Part shown: positions 1-8,169 of the stretch, one piece after another
Layout of the letters: every line of letters begins with the position of its first letter
Numbering within the stretch: the first letter of the stretch is position 1
DNA from: a virus
Taxonomy: Duplodnaviria; Caudoviricetes
Length of the DNA: 38,692 nt
Direction: 5' to 3' (one strand)
Virus record (IMG/VR): IMGVR_UViG_3300038314_001105
Coordinates: 1 to 38,692 of that record
Translations under genes and position numbers: made by a program
The notes under the pieces: model-generated
What the model was told of the DNA's origin: nothing
What the model saw: the letters and a program-made list of their open reading frames with translations, nothing else
The model's database searches: none

Positions 1-46
1 TGGTCCTAAAGAGAATATGAAGATGCTTAATTAGGAGAGGAAGAGA

Positions 47-835
47 ATGCAGAAACAATCAAGACTAAAGGTGGACCTAAGTGTGAATGAAGGGAAGCCA
101 AAGCCACCTATACTTACTATCTATGGGGGTCCAGGGATAGGCAAGACAACCTTTGGGGCAACAGCTCCTGACCCAGTGTTCCTTATGGCAGAGGATGGAT
201 GCCCATATAAGATTCCTAAGATCCCCAAAGAGGGAGTAATCGAATCTTGGGTTGATGCCCTTGCTGCTATCAGGTGGTTAATTAAGGAAGAGCATGACCG
301 TAAGACACTTATTGTTGATACTGTGAATAAGATTGTTCAGCACTCCAGACAACATGTTTGTGATGAACAGTACCAAGGGAGATGGAAGACAACCAGGGGG
401 CAAGAGGGGTTTAATGCCTTTGGGTATGGAGAACATACAGCAGAGATGGAGTTCCAGAAGTTCTTGAAGGGACTGTCCCATCTTAAGAATAAGAAAGGAA
501 TGTGGATTATCCTCCTTGCTCATGAAGGGCAGCATCGCCAAGGGAATCTCCATGGTGAGGATTTTAAGAAGCTAGGAGGATTGATGCACCATCTTCCTTG
601 GTCAAGGATTGTTGAATGGAGTGACCAGGTTGCTCATGTGACTAAGGACTTTGTTGCCATCAAGAAGGATGGGGACAGGGTAGCAAAGATAAAGAGTACG
701 AGTGAGAGAAAGATGTATTTTGAAGGTGACCCAAGTAGGGATGCCAAATGTAGAGATGGGATTTACAAGATGCCGTCTGTAATTAAATTTAGCTATGCCA
801 ATTATATGGAGCATAGCAACAAAGGAGATAAGTAA
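47..835 (+). CDS. sak4: Sak4-like (AAA_24) single-strand annealing ATPase
   Basis: ILTIYGGPGIGKTTF Walker A, TLIVDTV Walker B, IILLAHE motif. SD GGAGAGG upstream. Followed by an SSB-like gene as in Sak4 modules. Confidence 0.85.
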   Translation: MQKQSRLKVDLSVNEGKPKPPILTIYGGPGIGKTTFGATAPDPVFLMAEDGCPYKIPKIPKEGVIESWVDALAAIRWLIKEEHDRKTLIVDTVNKIVQHSRQHVCDEQYQGRWKTTRGQEGFNAFGYGEHTAEMEFQKFLKGLSHLKNKKGMWIILLAHEGQHRQGNLHGEDFKKLGGLMHHLPWSRIVEWSDQVAHVTKDFVAIKKDGDRVAKIKSTSERKMYFEGDPSRDAKCRDGIYKMPSVIKFSYANYMEHSNKGDK

Positions 836-1284
836 TGGTAGCATTAAATCATAACCCAAGTGAAATAACTGAGCGTTTTCCTGAAGGGATTTACGATTTT
901 GAAATCACCTATGTAGACCATGAGTGGGAATCCAAGGCAGGTAATCCTGGTGTTTGTATTCACATGAATTTGTGGAATGAGAATGGGACTTCGTTTGACC
1001 GTAAGGAATATCTGGTAACTAGCCTCGATAGTTGCAAGTGGAAGGTTAAGCAGTTCGTCCATTCTATTGGGTTGGACTATGACAATCCTGATCTTGATAC
1101 TGATGAATTTCTGAACAAGCAAGGAAAGGCAACGCTTGTTCGTAAACAGGAGGCTGTTGGTCGAGGTAAGGACAGAGAATATATCACTGATAAAGACGGG
1201 AAGCCGGTGATGGAGAAGTATCTTTCAGTAGATACCTACCTGGTCCATGACGGTAAGGAGAAGCAAGAACCTGCGCCCTTCTAG
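835..1284 (+). CDS. DUF669-like single-stranded DNA-binding protein
   Basis: FPEGIYDFEI...SKAGN pattern, C-terminal PF tail, coupled to sak4 by TAATG overlap. Confidence 0.75.
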   Translation: MVALNHNPSEITERFPEGIYDFEITYVDHEWESKAGNPGVCIHMNLWNENGTSFDRKEYLVTSLDSCKWKVKQFVHSIGLDYDNPDLDTDEFLNKQGKATLVRKQEAVGRGKDREYITDKDGKPVMEKYLSVDTYLVHDGKEKQEPAPF

Positions 1285-1306
1285 GTGATAATAGGGGAGC
1301 TAATGG

Positions 1307-1336
1307 TTGACAAGAGTGAGGTAAATATCTCATTCT
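1307..1336 (+). promoter_or_regulatory. Putative promoter of the replication operon (TTGACA-N18-CATTCT)
   Basis: Perfect -35 hexamer in an intergenic gap; same spacing to CAT as at 30306 and 35220. Confidence 0.55.
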
Positions 1337-1342
1337 AAAAAC

Positions 1343-1414
1343 GTGAAGAGGGGATTACTTTCTCCCCTGTCTTGGGTTCGGTCCTATCTCCCGAGCTCAA
1401 GTTCCCCTCTTCAC
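1343..1414 (+). ncRNA. Structured leader or small RNA hairpin
   Basis: 12-bp perfect outer stem (1343-1354/1403-1414), 11-bp inner stem with 2 G-U pairs (1371-1381/1391-1401), pyrimidine-rich bulge and loop. Starts at the expected TSS. Confidence 0.6.
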
Positions 1415-1440
1415 ATCACCCAATAATTAAAGGGAGTATT

Positions 1441-2127
1441 ATGGCAGGAGTGAATCTTTCTATTACAACTAGAACTCACCCGAAGATAAAGAAGCTCGAG
1501 ATTCAGTTAGGAGCCAATGGTGTTCTAGCTCTTTATAATCTTTGGTGTTTCTGCGCCGAGTACAAGAAGGACGGTATTCTTTCGGGGATGAGTTGTGGTG
1601 AAATAGTCCTAGCATCAGACTTTAGAGGACCTCCCGAGGTTTTCATGGAGACTCTCTTAGAGTGCAGGCTCTTGGACAGGGATGAGGATCTCGTTTATTC
1701 TGTTCATAACTGGGAGAAGTACAATAAGAAGAGGCGTAAGACTTCACAGAGTCCAGACAATACGACCAAGGCAGTAGCATATAACGTTCAGAAGGTAGTT
1801 AATTTCTATGAATCCAATGTTCCTCGTATTGGTAATAAGGTTATTGTACCCGGTTCAGATGACTGGAAGAGAATCAAGAAAGCTTTAGCTGAGGGATTTA
1901 GTCTTGAAGATTTAATAGCCGCTATCAAGGGTAATTTGATTTGTCCTTGGCATCAGAGGTGTCCAGGTGGTCATTCGGTTAAGATGATATTTAAGCCAGA
2001 TAAGATCCAAGGTTTCATTGAGAGAGCTAACGAGCCAGAGAAGTTTGAGGAGAAGAAGGAAGAACAAGTAGGCCATCACAAGGGGAGTAAAGAATTCAAT
2101 GACGGAGATCAAGCAAAAGCATTTTAG
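1441..2127 (+). CDS. Putative replication initiator (replisome organizer)
   Basis: HPKIKKLE...GVLALYNLW...VHNWEKYN N-terminal pattern of phage initiators, directly upstream of the DnaC-like loader. Start moved to ATG 1441 behind SD AAGGGAG. Confidence 0.65.
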   Translation: MAGVNLSITTRTHPKIKKLEIQLGANGVLALYNLWCFCAEYKKDGILSGMSCGEIVLASDFRGPPEVFMETLLECRLLDRDEDLVYSVHNWEKYNKKRRKTSQSPDNTTKAVAYNVQKVVNFYESNVPRIGNKVIVPGSDDWKRIKKALAEGFSLEDLIAAIKGNLICPWHQRCPGGHSVKMIFKPDKIQGFIERANEPEKFEEKKEEQVGHHKGSKEFNDGDQAKAF

Positions 2128-2827
2128 CTTCGTTAAAGATTCTAGTGATGAGTGGATAAAAGCCGCTCATAGAATCTATACTAAACAAAAACAAGCAGAA
2201 GCAGTTGAGAAGGCAGAAGGGAGAGAGTTCTACCCAATAGGACAGGAAGGGTTACATCCTCATGAGAAGATAGAATGCCTTAGAAAGTGGGGAGTCCCTG
2301 AGAGGATACTTGCTAATCTAGGGAACATAAGTGGTTTGGTTAATACTAAAGCCAAGAAAGCTGTTTCCAATTTTGTTATGCAACCCAGAGATGCTTGGTG
2401 TCTTGTCCTGTCAGGTGGGAAGGGGACAGGTAAGTCTACGGCAGCAGCTGTATGGCTTTACGAGAACACTCCCACAGAGGCACCTAGTTACAAGAGTAGG
2501 TATTGGTGGACAGGGACAAGAATAGCCCGAACCAATGGGTATAATAAGGATTACGAGAAGATGTTGGAGAGTCAGTACATGGTTATTGATGACCTTGGCA
2601 TCGAGTACCTGGATAAGAATGGGAACTTTCTTCAGCGTTTGGACGAGTTGATGGATGAAAGATACTCTAACTTCAGACGAACAGTAATAACAACAAACCT
2701 TAATGCTGAGGCATTCAAGGAAAGGTATGGAGACAGGGTTTCTGACAGGTTAAGAGAGTCATTCTCTGCCGGGGGCCAGTACGTAGAGATACCAGAAGAG
2801 TCCATGAGAAAGGTGAGGGGGAAATGA
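2099..2827 (+). CDS. DnaC/IstB-like AAA+ helicase loader
   Basis: LVLSGGKGTGKS, MVIDDLG, TVITTNL and YGDRVSDRLRE motifs. Confidence 0.9.
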   Translation: MTEIKQKHFSFVKDSSDEWIKAAHRIYTKQKQAEAVEKAEGREFYPIGQEGLHPHEKIECLRKWGVPERILANLGNISGLVNTKAKKAVSNFVMQPRDAWCLVLSGGKGTGKSTAAAVWLYENTPTEAPSYKSRYWWTGTRIARTNGYNKDYEKMLESQYMVIDDLGIEYLDKNGNFLQRLDELMDERYSNFRRTVITTNLNAEAFKERYGDRVSDRLRESFSAGGQYVEIPEESMRKVRGK

Positions 2828-3231
2828 GGAAGTTTATTATCATAGGAAAGCCTATAAGTCAGAAGAACTCTAAGAGAGTTGGGGTGAGGAAGGGGGGTAA
2901 GGCTTATATGTACACTCCCGCCAATGTTAAGAGCTGGCACAAGGAAGCATTCAAGCAGCTAACAGTGCAGTTGGAGGACTGGGGTAATCACTACGGTGAT
3001 GACCTGGCACCCATCCCAGATAAGACAGACCTCGATGTAACCATCGTGTCCTATATGGATAAAGGTCAGTCGGTAGATGTAGACAACTTGGCTGGTGGCC
3101 CCTTGGATGCTCTTCAGAAGGCGGGGGTTATCGCTAATGATTATTGGATAAAGCGTCTGTGCTCCATAAGAGAGAAAGACTGGAAGAATCCCAGGGTTGA
3201 AATAGAGATTGAGATTTATCAGGGGGACTGA
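2824..3231 (+). CDS. rusA: RusA-family Holliday junction resolvase
   Basis: IIGKPISQKNS, DVDNLAGGPLDAL...VIAND, NPRVEIEI. Confidence 0.88.
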   Translation: MRKFIIIGKPISQKNSKRVGVRKGGKAYMYTPANVKSWHKEAFKQLTVQLEDWGNHYGDDLAPIPDKTDLDVTIVSYMDKGQSVDVDNLAGGPLDALQKAGVIANDYWIKRLCSIREKDWKNPRVEIEIEIYQGD

Positions 3232-3233
3232 TC

Positions 3234-3575
3234 ATGAGGGATTACTTGAAGCTTTGCCGAAAGGAAGAGCTGCCAGTAACTGCGGGGAGGGCTAAAATGA
3301 TTATCTATGGAGTAATCCTTTTTGTGGCGATAAGCCATTTTGCTCATTGGAACTACAGAAGGATCATAGCACTAGATAAAATAACGTTTAACTCAGGCCC
3401 AAGGAAGGGAGGAAGGGTCATTAAGAGAGAAGAGATTTATATACCGGAGCCAGAGAGGGACTATATCTTGGTTCCTAAGAAAAAAACACAGCCGCTCTTA
3501 ATCCCCATAGAGATGGAAAAGATAGGGGATAAAGATAGAGAGTGGTTAGCAGCAACATTAAAGGGAGTAATGTAA
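3234..3575 (+). CDS. Hypothetical protein with one hydrophobic segment
   Basis: Tightly packed ORF; MIIYGVILFVAI segment. Confidence 0.6.
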   Translation: MRDYLKLCRKEELPVTAGRAKMIIYGVILFVAISHFAHWNYRRIIALDKITFNSGPRKGGRVIKREEIYIPEPERDYILVPKKKTQPLLIPIEMEKIGDKDREWLAATLKGVM

Positions 3576-3880
3576 TGAGAAGACCTAAGCAGATAAAGAC
3601 AAAGGAAGACCAATTCATTAGTGACTACTGTGACTTTGAGGATTTGTCTTATGTGATGGAAGAAGTAGTAACGAGAGTTGCAAGAAAGTATTCAGAGTAT
3701 GATGTGAGGGCTATTGTCAATAAGGCGTCTGATGACATTGAGCTCTCCAAGGAATACAAGAATGCGCTAGAAGAGATAGACCAGGCGGTAGAGGTGTTTT
3801 CTAAGCTGAGTGAGAATCTTAAGAAGAGGATTCCTGAGAAGCTGATCAAGAAACACAATAAGTCTGGATGGTGGAACTAA
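3575..3880 (+). CDS. Hypothetical helical protein
   Basis: TAATG coupling and SD AAGGGAG favour ATG 3575. Confidence 0.65.
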   Translation: MRRPKQIKTKEDQFISDYCDFEDLSYVMEEVVTRVARKYSEYDVRAIVNKASDDIELSKEYKNALEEIDQAVEVFSKLSENLKKRIPEKLIKKHNKSGWWN

Positions 3881-3896
3881 CGAAAGGGAGATTGTC

Positions 3897-4094
3897 ATGG
3901 GTTGGGAAGAGAACCAAAAGAAGAGAATGCAAGAAAGAGATATGGCTTATGCCGATGCTTATGAGAGAATGAATAGAAGAATAAAGAGGGGACGGATGAT
4001 TGATTTACTTAAGAGGATTATGGTCATGGCACCCGTAGCACTGGCTGTTGGGGCAGGCGCAGGATATCTTGTTTATTATCTTATAAATCTGTAG
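3897..4094 (+). CDS. Small C-terminally anchored membrane protein
   Basis: SD AAGGGAG; hydrophobic C-terminus. Confidence 0.65.
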   Translation: MGWEENQKKRMQERDMAYADAYERMNRRIKRGRMIDLLKRIMVMAPVALAVGAGAGYLVYYLINL

Positions 4095-4287
4095 GGAATT
4101 TCTTATCCCATAAGTCTCTGAGAATATAAAGGAATGAGGATATGGCTAGTCCCATGTTTTCAAGGACGCTGCCTATCGTGAGGACCATATAGGATGAAAG
4201 CTCAAGTGCAACCCAAGCAATAATCAGTGGAATAAGTATTGGAATAATTAAAATAAAACAGATGAATTCCACTACTATCCTAACCAT
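4081..4287 (-). CDS. Small integral membrane protein, last gene of the lysis cassette
   Basis: SD AAGGA just after the endolysin stop; very hydrophobic 68 aa. Confidence 0.6.
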   Translation of the reverse strand: MVRIVVEFICFILIIPILIPLIIAWVALELSSYMVLTIGSVLENMGLAISSFLYILRDLWDKKFPTDL

Positions 4288-4296
4288 GTCTCTTCC

Positions 4297-4713
4297 TTAA
4301 TCCCATCGCCAAGTAGGGTTATCAATCCATAGAGCTCTAGCCTTGGTTGGCCTTGTGTCTACATGAATTCTACCTGGGTAAAGGCCCAATCCTTGAGCAT
4401 GATTAACGTTGGCTAAAGTATAAAGTTTGAGTGTGTCCATCTTCGAGATGCTGGCATTGTCTCTCCAATAACTAATGTCGGAAGCATAGAGAATCCCATT
4501 GCCGGGACGAGGGATATGCCAAGACTTCTTGGAACCTCCAACCTTTTGGTTATGCTCTTCACACCTTCCACCTGATGTGATTCTTATTGGTGCATCTAGC
4601 GCGACTCTAATTTTTTCTAGCAGGCTAAGTAAGGAGCTATGGACAATAACATCTGTCTTACAGCCACATTTACAGTCGAACTCCTTTTGCCAGAAGTGCT
4701 TACTTATCTTCAT
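4297..4713 (-). CDS. Peptidase M15A (Peptidase_M15_3) endolysin
   Basis: KISKHF..KEFDCKCGC, ITSGGRCEEHN..VGG, SWH....ASD, IHVDTR. Confidence 0.9.
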   Translation of the reverse strand: MKISKHFWQKEFDCKCGCKTDVIVHSSLLSLLEKIRVALDAPIRITSGGRCEEHNQKVGGSKKSWHIPRPGNGILYASDISYWRDNASISKMDTLKLYTLANVNHAQGLGLYPGRIHVDTRPTKARALWIDNPTWRWD

Positions 4714-4870
4714 CTTCTTCCCTGTCTTCTTCTATCTTCTTTCGGATTATCTCTAGCTTGAGTATAATTGAACCTATGAGTGTGTTCAAATCCTCTGAAC
4801 TAATTTTTCTAACGAGAAGGCCAACCATCTCCTTGGCCTCGTAAACCAACACAAACTTGCGAAGACTCAT
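4700..4870 (-). CDS. Hypothetical 56-aa protein in the lysis cassette
   Basis: ATG 4870 overlaps the upstream TGA (TGATG); ORF overlaps the endolysin start; acidic tail. Confidence 0.55.
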   Translation of the reverse strand: MSLRKFVLVYEAKEMVGLLVRKISSEDLNTLIGSIILKLEIIRKKIEEDREEDEDK

Positions 4871-5043
4871 CACCAATCCCACTTGAAGTTGACGCCGATA
4901 CAATAGTCCCCAAGAGTGTCTGTCCATGCGTCGGCAGAGACAAGTATAGACTCTTGTATCCTGTGATTATAATATAGCTGCCCTAGTGTCCTAGCGGGGG
5001 TAATGTCGGCAGAGAACCCTAAGCTACCGCCGCCTATTTCTTT
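4870..5043 (-). CDS. -1 frameshift extension of the holin-like gene (57 codons, beta-rich)
   Basis: Open -1 frame with no ATG/GTG/TTG, entered at C CCA AAG (5046-5040); its TGA overlaps the next ATG. Confidence 0.7.
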   Translation of the reverse strand, partial: KEIGGGSLGFSADITPARTLGQLYYNHRIQESILVSADAWTDTLGDYCIGVNFKWDW

Positions 5044-5267
5044 GGGGGAGAGTGGACAACCATTTGGCGTATGGCGTTAGCCTTAGCTTCTCCGGACTTG
5101 GAGAAAGCCCTAGCTCCACTATACCCAAGGGCTGCCAGGGCTGTGGAAACAACACCTAATCCCTGTAATGCAATGCTGCTCTCAACAGCGCCACTACTCA
5201 TAAAGGCCCCTATTAGGACGGCCACCAGACTCAACCAAAACTCGGTTGTCTTATATCCTTGTTTCAT
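5034..5267 (-). CDS. Putative holin (2 TM)
   Basis: MKQGYKTTEFWLSLVAVLIGA N-terminus, two hydrophobic helices, upstream of the endolysin. Confidence 0.7.
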   Translation of the reverse strand: MKQGYKTTEFWLSLVAVLIGAFMSSGAVESSIALQGLGVVSTALAALGYSGARAFSKSGEAKANAIRQMVVHSPPKK

Positions 5268-5497
5268 TCGTCATTCCCCTCTTTAGCCCACTTGATGCGA
5301 GCTTCCTCCCGAAATTCGAAGAACCCTCTCTGGAAGTCATGGACCTTAGACTTCAGCTCTTCTATTTGTTTTTCTAGCGCAGCTAATCGAAACTCAACTG
5401 AGCCCCCGTTAGCCTTAGCCATGCCCTTTTCGATGAGCTTGACCAGAGCCATGACAATGCCAACAAGGGCAGCAGTGGCAGCGCTCTCCTCCATCAC
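5264..5497 (-). CDS. Membrane-anchored coiled-coil protein of the lysis cassette
   Basis: N-terminal TM followed by heptads; 4-nt overlaps on both sides. Confidence 0.65.
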   Translation of the reverse strand: MMEESAATAALVGIVMALVKLIEKGMAKANGGSVEFRLAALEKQIEELKSKVHDFQRGFFEFREEARIKWAKEGNDE

Positions 5498-7821
5498 TTG
5501 TCCTCGATATAGCTATTCCCTGTCAGAGCTTCGATGTCTTTAATCATTCGCTCCATATTAATCCTGACGGTCTTCCCCGTGCTCTTATTCCTCGAGAAAT
5601 ATTCCCATTCTCCTGCTGCATTGTGAGGTGAGATCTTAGTCTGGTTGTCGTCACCATCAAGCACATACATCTCTGCTTGTCCGTGGATAGTCGTCGGAGC
5701 TGGGAAACTCGCGCCGCCGCCGTACCTGGCTTTGCCTACCGAGATTTGCATGTTGTCGATCCACCCCCGGAAAGGGTAACGCGACACACCGATCGCACTT
5801 TTACCCAGCCCCCACAAAAGAGGCCCAGTGCCTGATGCAATCGTTTTGGTGGCGATCGTGTGCGCCGTTCCTTTTTGGGTGCCGTCAACGTACAGCTTCA
5901 GCTCTGTGCCGCTTCGCTCTGCGACTATGTGGTACCAAACATCCTCAATAGCGATCCAATCGACCTCGTACACGGTCGCCGCCTGCCCTACTTCGACATA
6001 GCGAAAGGTCAATTTGTCGGTGTCTTCGACGTAGTACATTTCGAAAGAAACATCTTCAACGCGGTTTGCGTCGGTCGATTTGTAAACAAAGTTGCGTCGG
6101 TTATCGATCGCCGTCAAAGCCGAGTTGATCCTAAAATGCCCCTCAATTGTGAAGTCGTTGCTACCTAAAACCCAATCAGCGTGATTGTCCACCTCGACAT
6201 GAGCGAAAACCGTTCCGTCAAACTCCTCGTTTAGGCTAATTGAGGTGCCAGCTCCAAAAACCGTTTGAGCGCTGTCTTCCTCCGCCTCAATTTTCAACTC
6301 TACTGTATGGTTAGTCGTCCCGTCCAGAAAATCGTCCGTGTCGCCGTCGCTGCCGCTGGCCTTGACGTGTAGCTTAATCGTATCTTCGTACGCTAGCGCG
6401 AAAACTTTACCGTACTGGTGATCTACGTCCGGCGAACCTTCCGCCCTACTTTTCATCGCCATCGCACCTTGCAACGACAACCGGTCAACCGGTTCTACGA
6501 TCCCAATACCGATGCGCCCGTTATCCTTAATCACAAGCTGGTCAGAGTTCTGCGTTTGAGCGTTCAGAGTAATGGCGTCTTCGGTGTTGTCATAGCGAAT
6601 CTCACCCTGAAATACCCCAGTGCTCGTTGGAAGCCCGCTATTGAAAGTTATGCAACAATCCTCATTTGCCCCCGTCGCGGCATTATCGGTGTCAGCAAAC
6701 ATTTCGATATTGACTTTAGCCTGGTCGCTCGCAATCATCATCGAGCACGCGGTTGCTGCGGCATCTTCTCTTATGTGGAGCTTGCGGTTCGGAGACTTGT
6801 TACCAATGCCCAACCTGCCTCTATCACTGAGCATCAAGAGCGGGCTGCTGTCACTAGCGATGACCGACAAAGGAGCATGTTTGACTAAGATCGTTTGCCC
6901 CGGATTACCGTCACCGAGGCCAGCACCAAGAGTTATTGTCGTGTCGTTAGTGATGCCTTTTATTGTTGCGTATTTTACTGCATCTGAAGATAATGCGACC
7001 CGGTCCCCAACGCCAAGATCTAGGAGCGCTTGTGCATTGGCACTTAGATTAAGCGTTGTGGCAGCAGGGCCGGAGTCAGTCGTAACATTCGCATCATCGC
7101 TACCTTTGAGGGCGGTGATGTCTGCAAATTGCTTAACCGTGAACCCAGTCAGCTTTGTGGATGTGTTAACGCCAATCGCGCCCGTTTGTCCGATAACAAA
7201 ATGCTTAGGGCTGCCATCACCCGTTGCCAAGAAAAACTGCCCGTTGCTTCCGTCTGTTCCTATCTCAGCCGTTTGAGTAGCACCGTCAAAAAACTGGATT
7301 AGTCCGTCTTGGTCGGACCCTGCATTCGGAGGCGTTGCTGGGTCAGAGTTAGAGATTAAACGTAGCTGCGCTTGGTTATCCTTAGAGTCAACAACGATGC
7401 GGCATTGGCCTCCGTCACGCGCCACTTGAGCATGGATTTTACCCAAAGCACCCAGAGGTTTACCTGTCCCGTCTAGCACCCCAACAAGAAAGTTCTCGTC
7501 TGCGTTTCTAATCCACGTTCGGATTCCGTCCGTTTCGGTACCACTCGGCGTCTGAAAGCCCCAAGTATCAGGGATTGGAGAGTACTCTAGGACTAGTTGT
7601 GTAGTAACGTCCTCGCCAGAAGCAGTCGCAACACTAAAGGGATCGCCAGTGACGGCCTTCCCTTTAAGAAACATACCGGCAGTCTCATTCTCCCATTTCC
7701 CGGTAGCCGTATCGTAGAGGAGTGTTTCATTATCAGCTGGAGTCGTTGAATCAAAAGCCTTTCCCCCTGCTGTCGCTGCTGTGACTTCTCCACCAATTTT
7801 GGTTACGGTTGCATCGGCCAT
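5494..7821 (-). CDS. Tail fibre / receptor-binding protein with LamG-like domain
   Basis: Repeated GRLGIG/GRIGIG fibre motifs; DFTIEGHF...WYHIVAERSGTELKLYVDG...FRGWIDNMQIS.GKARY LamG signature. Confidence 0.85.
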   Translation of the reverse strand: MADATVTKIGGEVTAATAGGKAFDSTTPADNETLLYDTATGKWENETAGMFLKGKAVTGDPFSVATASGEDVTTQLVLEYSPIPDTWGFQTPSGTETDGIRTWIRNADENFLVGVLDGTGKPLGALGKIHAQVARDGGQCRIVVDSKDNQAQLRLISNSDPATPPNAGSDQDGLIQFFDGATQTAEIGTDGSNGQFFLATGDGSPKHFVIGQTGAIGVNTSTKLTGFTVKQFADITALKGSDDANVTTDSGPAATTLNLSANAQALLDLGVGDRVALSSDAVKYATIKGITNDTTITLGAGLGDGNPGQTILVKHAPLSVIASDSSPLLMLSDRGRLGIGNKSPNRKLHIREDAAATACSMMIASDQAKVNIEMFADTDNAATGANEDCCITFNSGLPTSTGVFQGEIRYDNTEDAITLNAQTQNSDQLVIKDNGRIGIGIVEPVDRLSLQGAMAMKSRAEGSPDVDHQYGKVFALAYEDTIKLHVKASGSDGDTDDFLDGTTNHTVELKIEAEEDSAQTVFGAGTSISLNEEFDGTVFAHVEVDNHADWVLGSNDFTIEGHFRINSALTAIDNRRNFVYKSTDANRVEDVSFEMYYVEDTDKLTFRYVEVGQAATVYEVDWIAIEDVWYHIVAERSGTELKLYVDGTQKGTAHTIATKTIASGTGPLLWGLGKSAIGVSRYPFRGWIDNMQISVGKARYGGGASFPAPTTIHGQAEMYVLDGDDNQTKISPHNAAGEWEYFSRNKSTGKTVRINMERMIKDIEALTGNSYIEDK

Positions 7822-7854
7822 ATCAAACCCCTCCTTTAAATTAACAAACCCTGG

Positions 7855-8160
7855 TTACTTACTGAATGTTGTGTCTAACCGAAGAGTCCCCGCCCCAGCG
7901 GTTACATAATAAATCTTGGCATTAGGAACTTTGTAGTTGAGCTGAATCAGCCCAAGGACTCCATCAGCAAGTGCTACTGTCTGGATGTCTTTTTCTGTTC
8001 CATCTTCAAATACATGCTTAACGACGATAGACCCTGTTGTTCCGTCTAAGCAAGCGTGCAAGACTGACTTACTGCTGAGGAGGGAACCTAGAGTTAGACC
8101 TGTGTCTGTCTCTGCGGTTGCTCCACCTACTGTTACTTTGAAATTCTGCACTGCTGGCAT
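7855..8160 (-). CDS. Small beta-rich virion protein (putative)
   Basis: SD AGGAG; lies between ejection genes and the fibre. Confidence 0.6.
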   Translation of the reverse strand: MPAVQNFKVTVGGATAETDTGLTLGSLLSSKSVLHACLDGTTGSIVVKHVFEDGTEKDIQTVALADGVLGLIQLNYKVPNAKIYYVTAGAGTLRLDTTFSK

Positions 8161-8169
8161 TGTCTTCTC

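Noticed and set aside
1372-1440. TTG start extension of the initiator
   Set aside because: It lies within the leader hairpin; ATG 1441 has a proper SD.
4871-4927. 5' extension MDRHSWG... of the 4700 ORF
   Set aside because: ATG 4870 is coupled to the frameshift ORF's stop; the upstream ATG has no SD and overlaps that frame.
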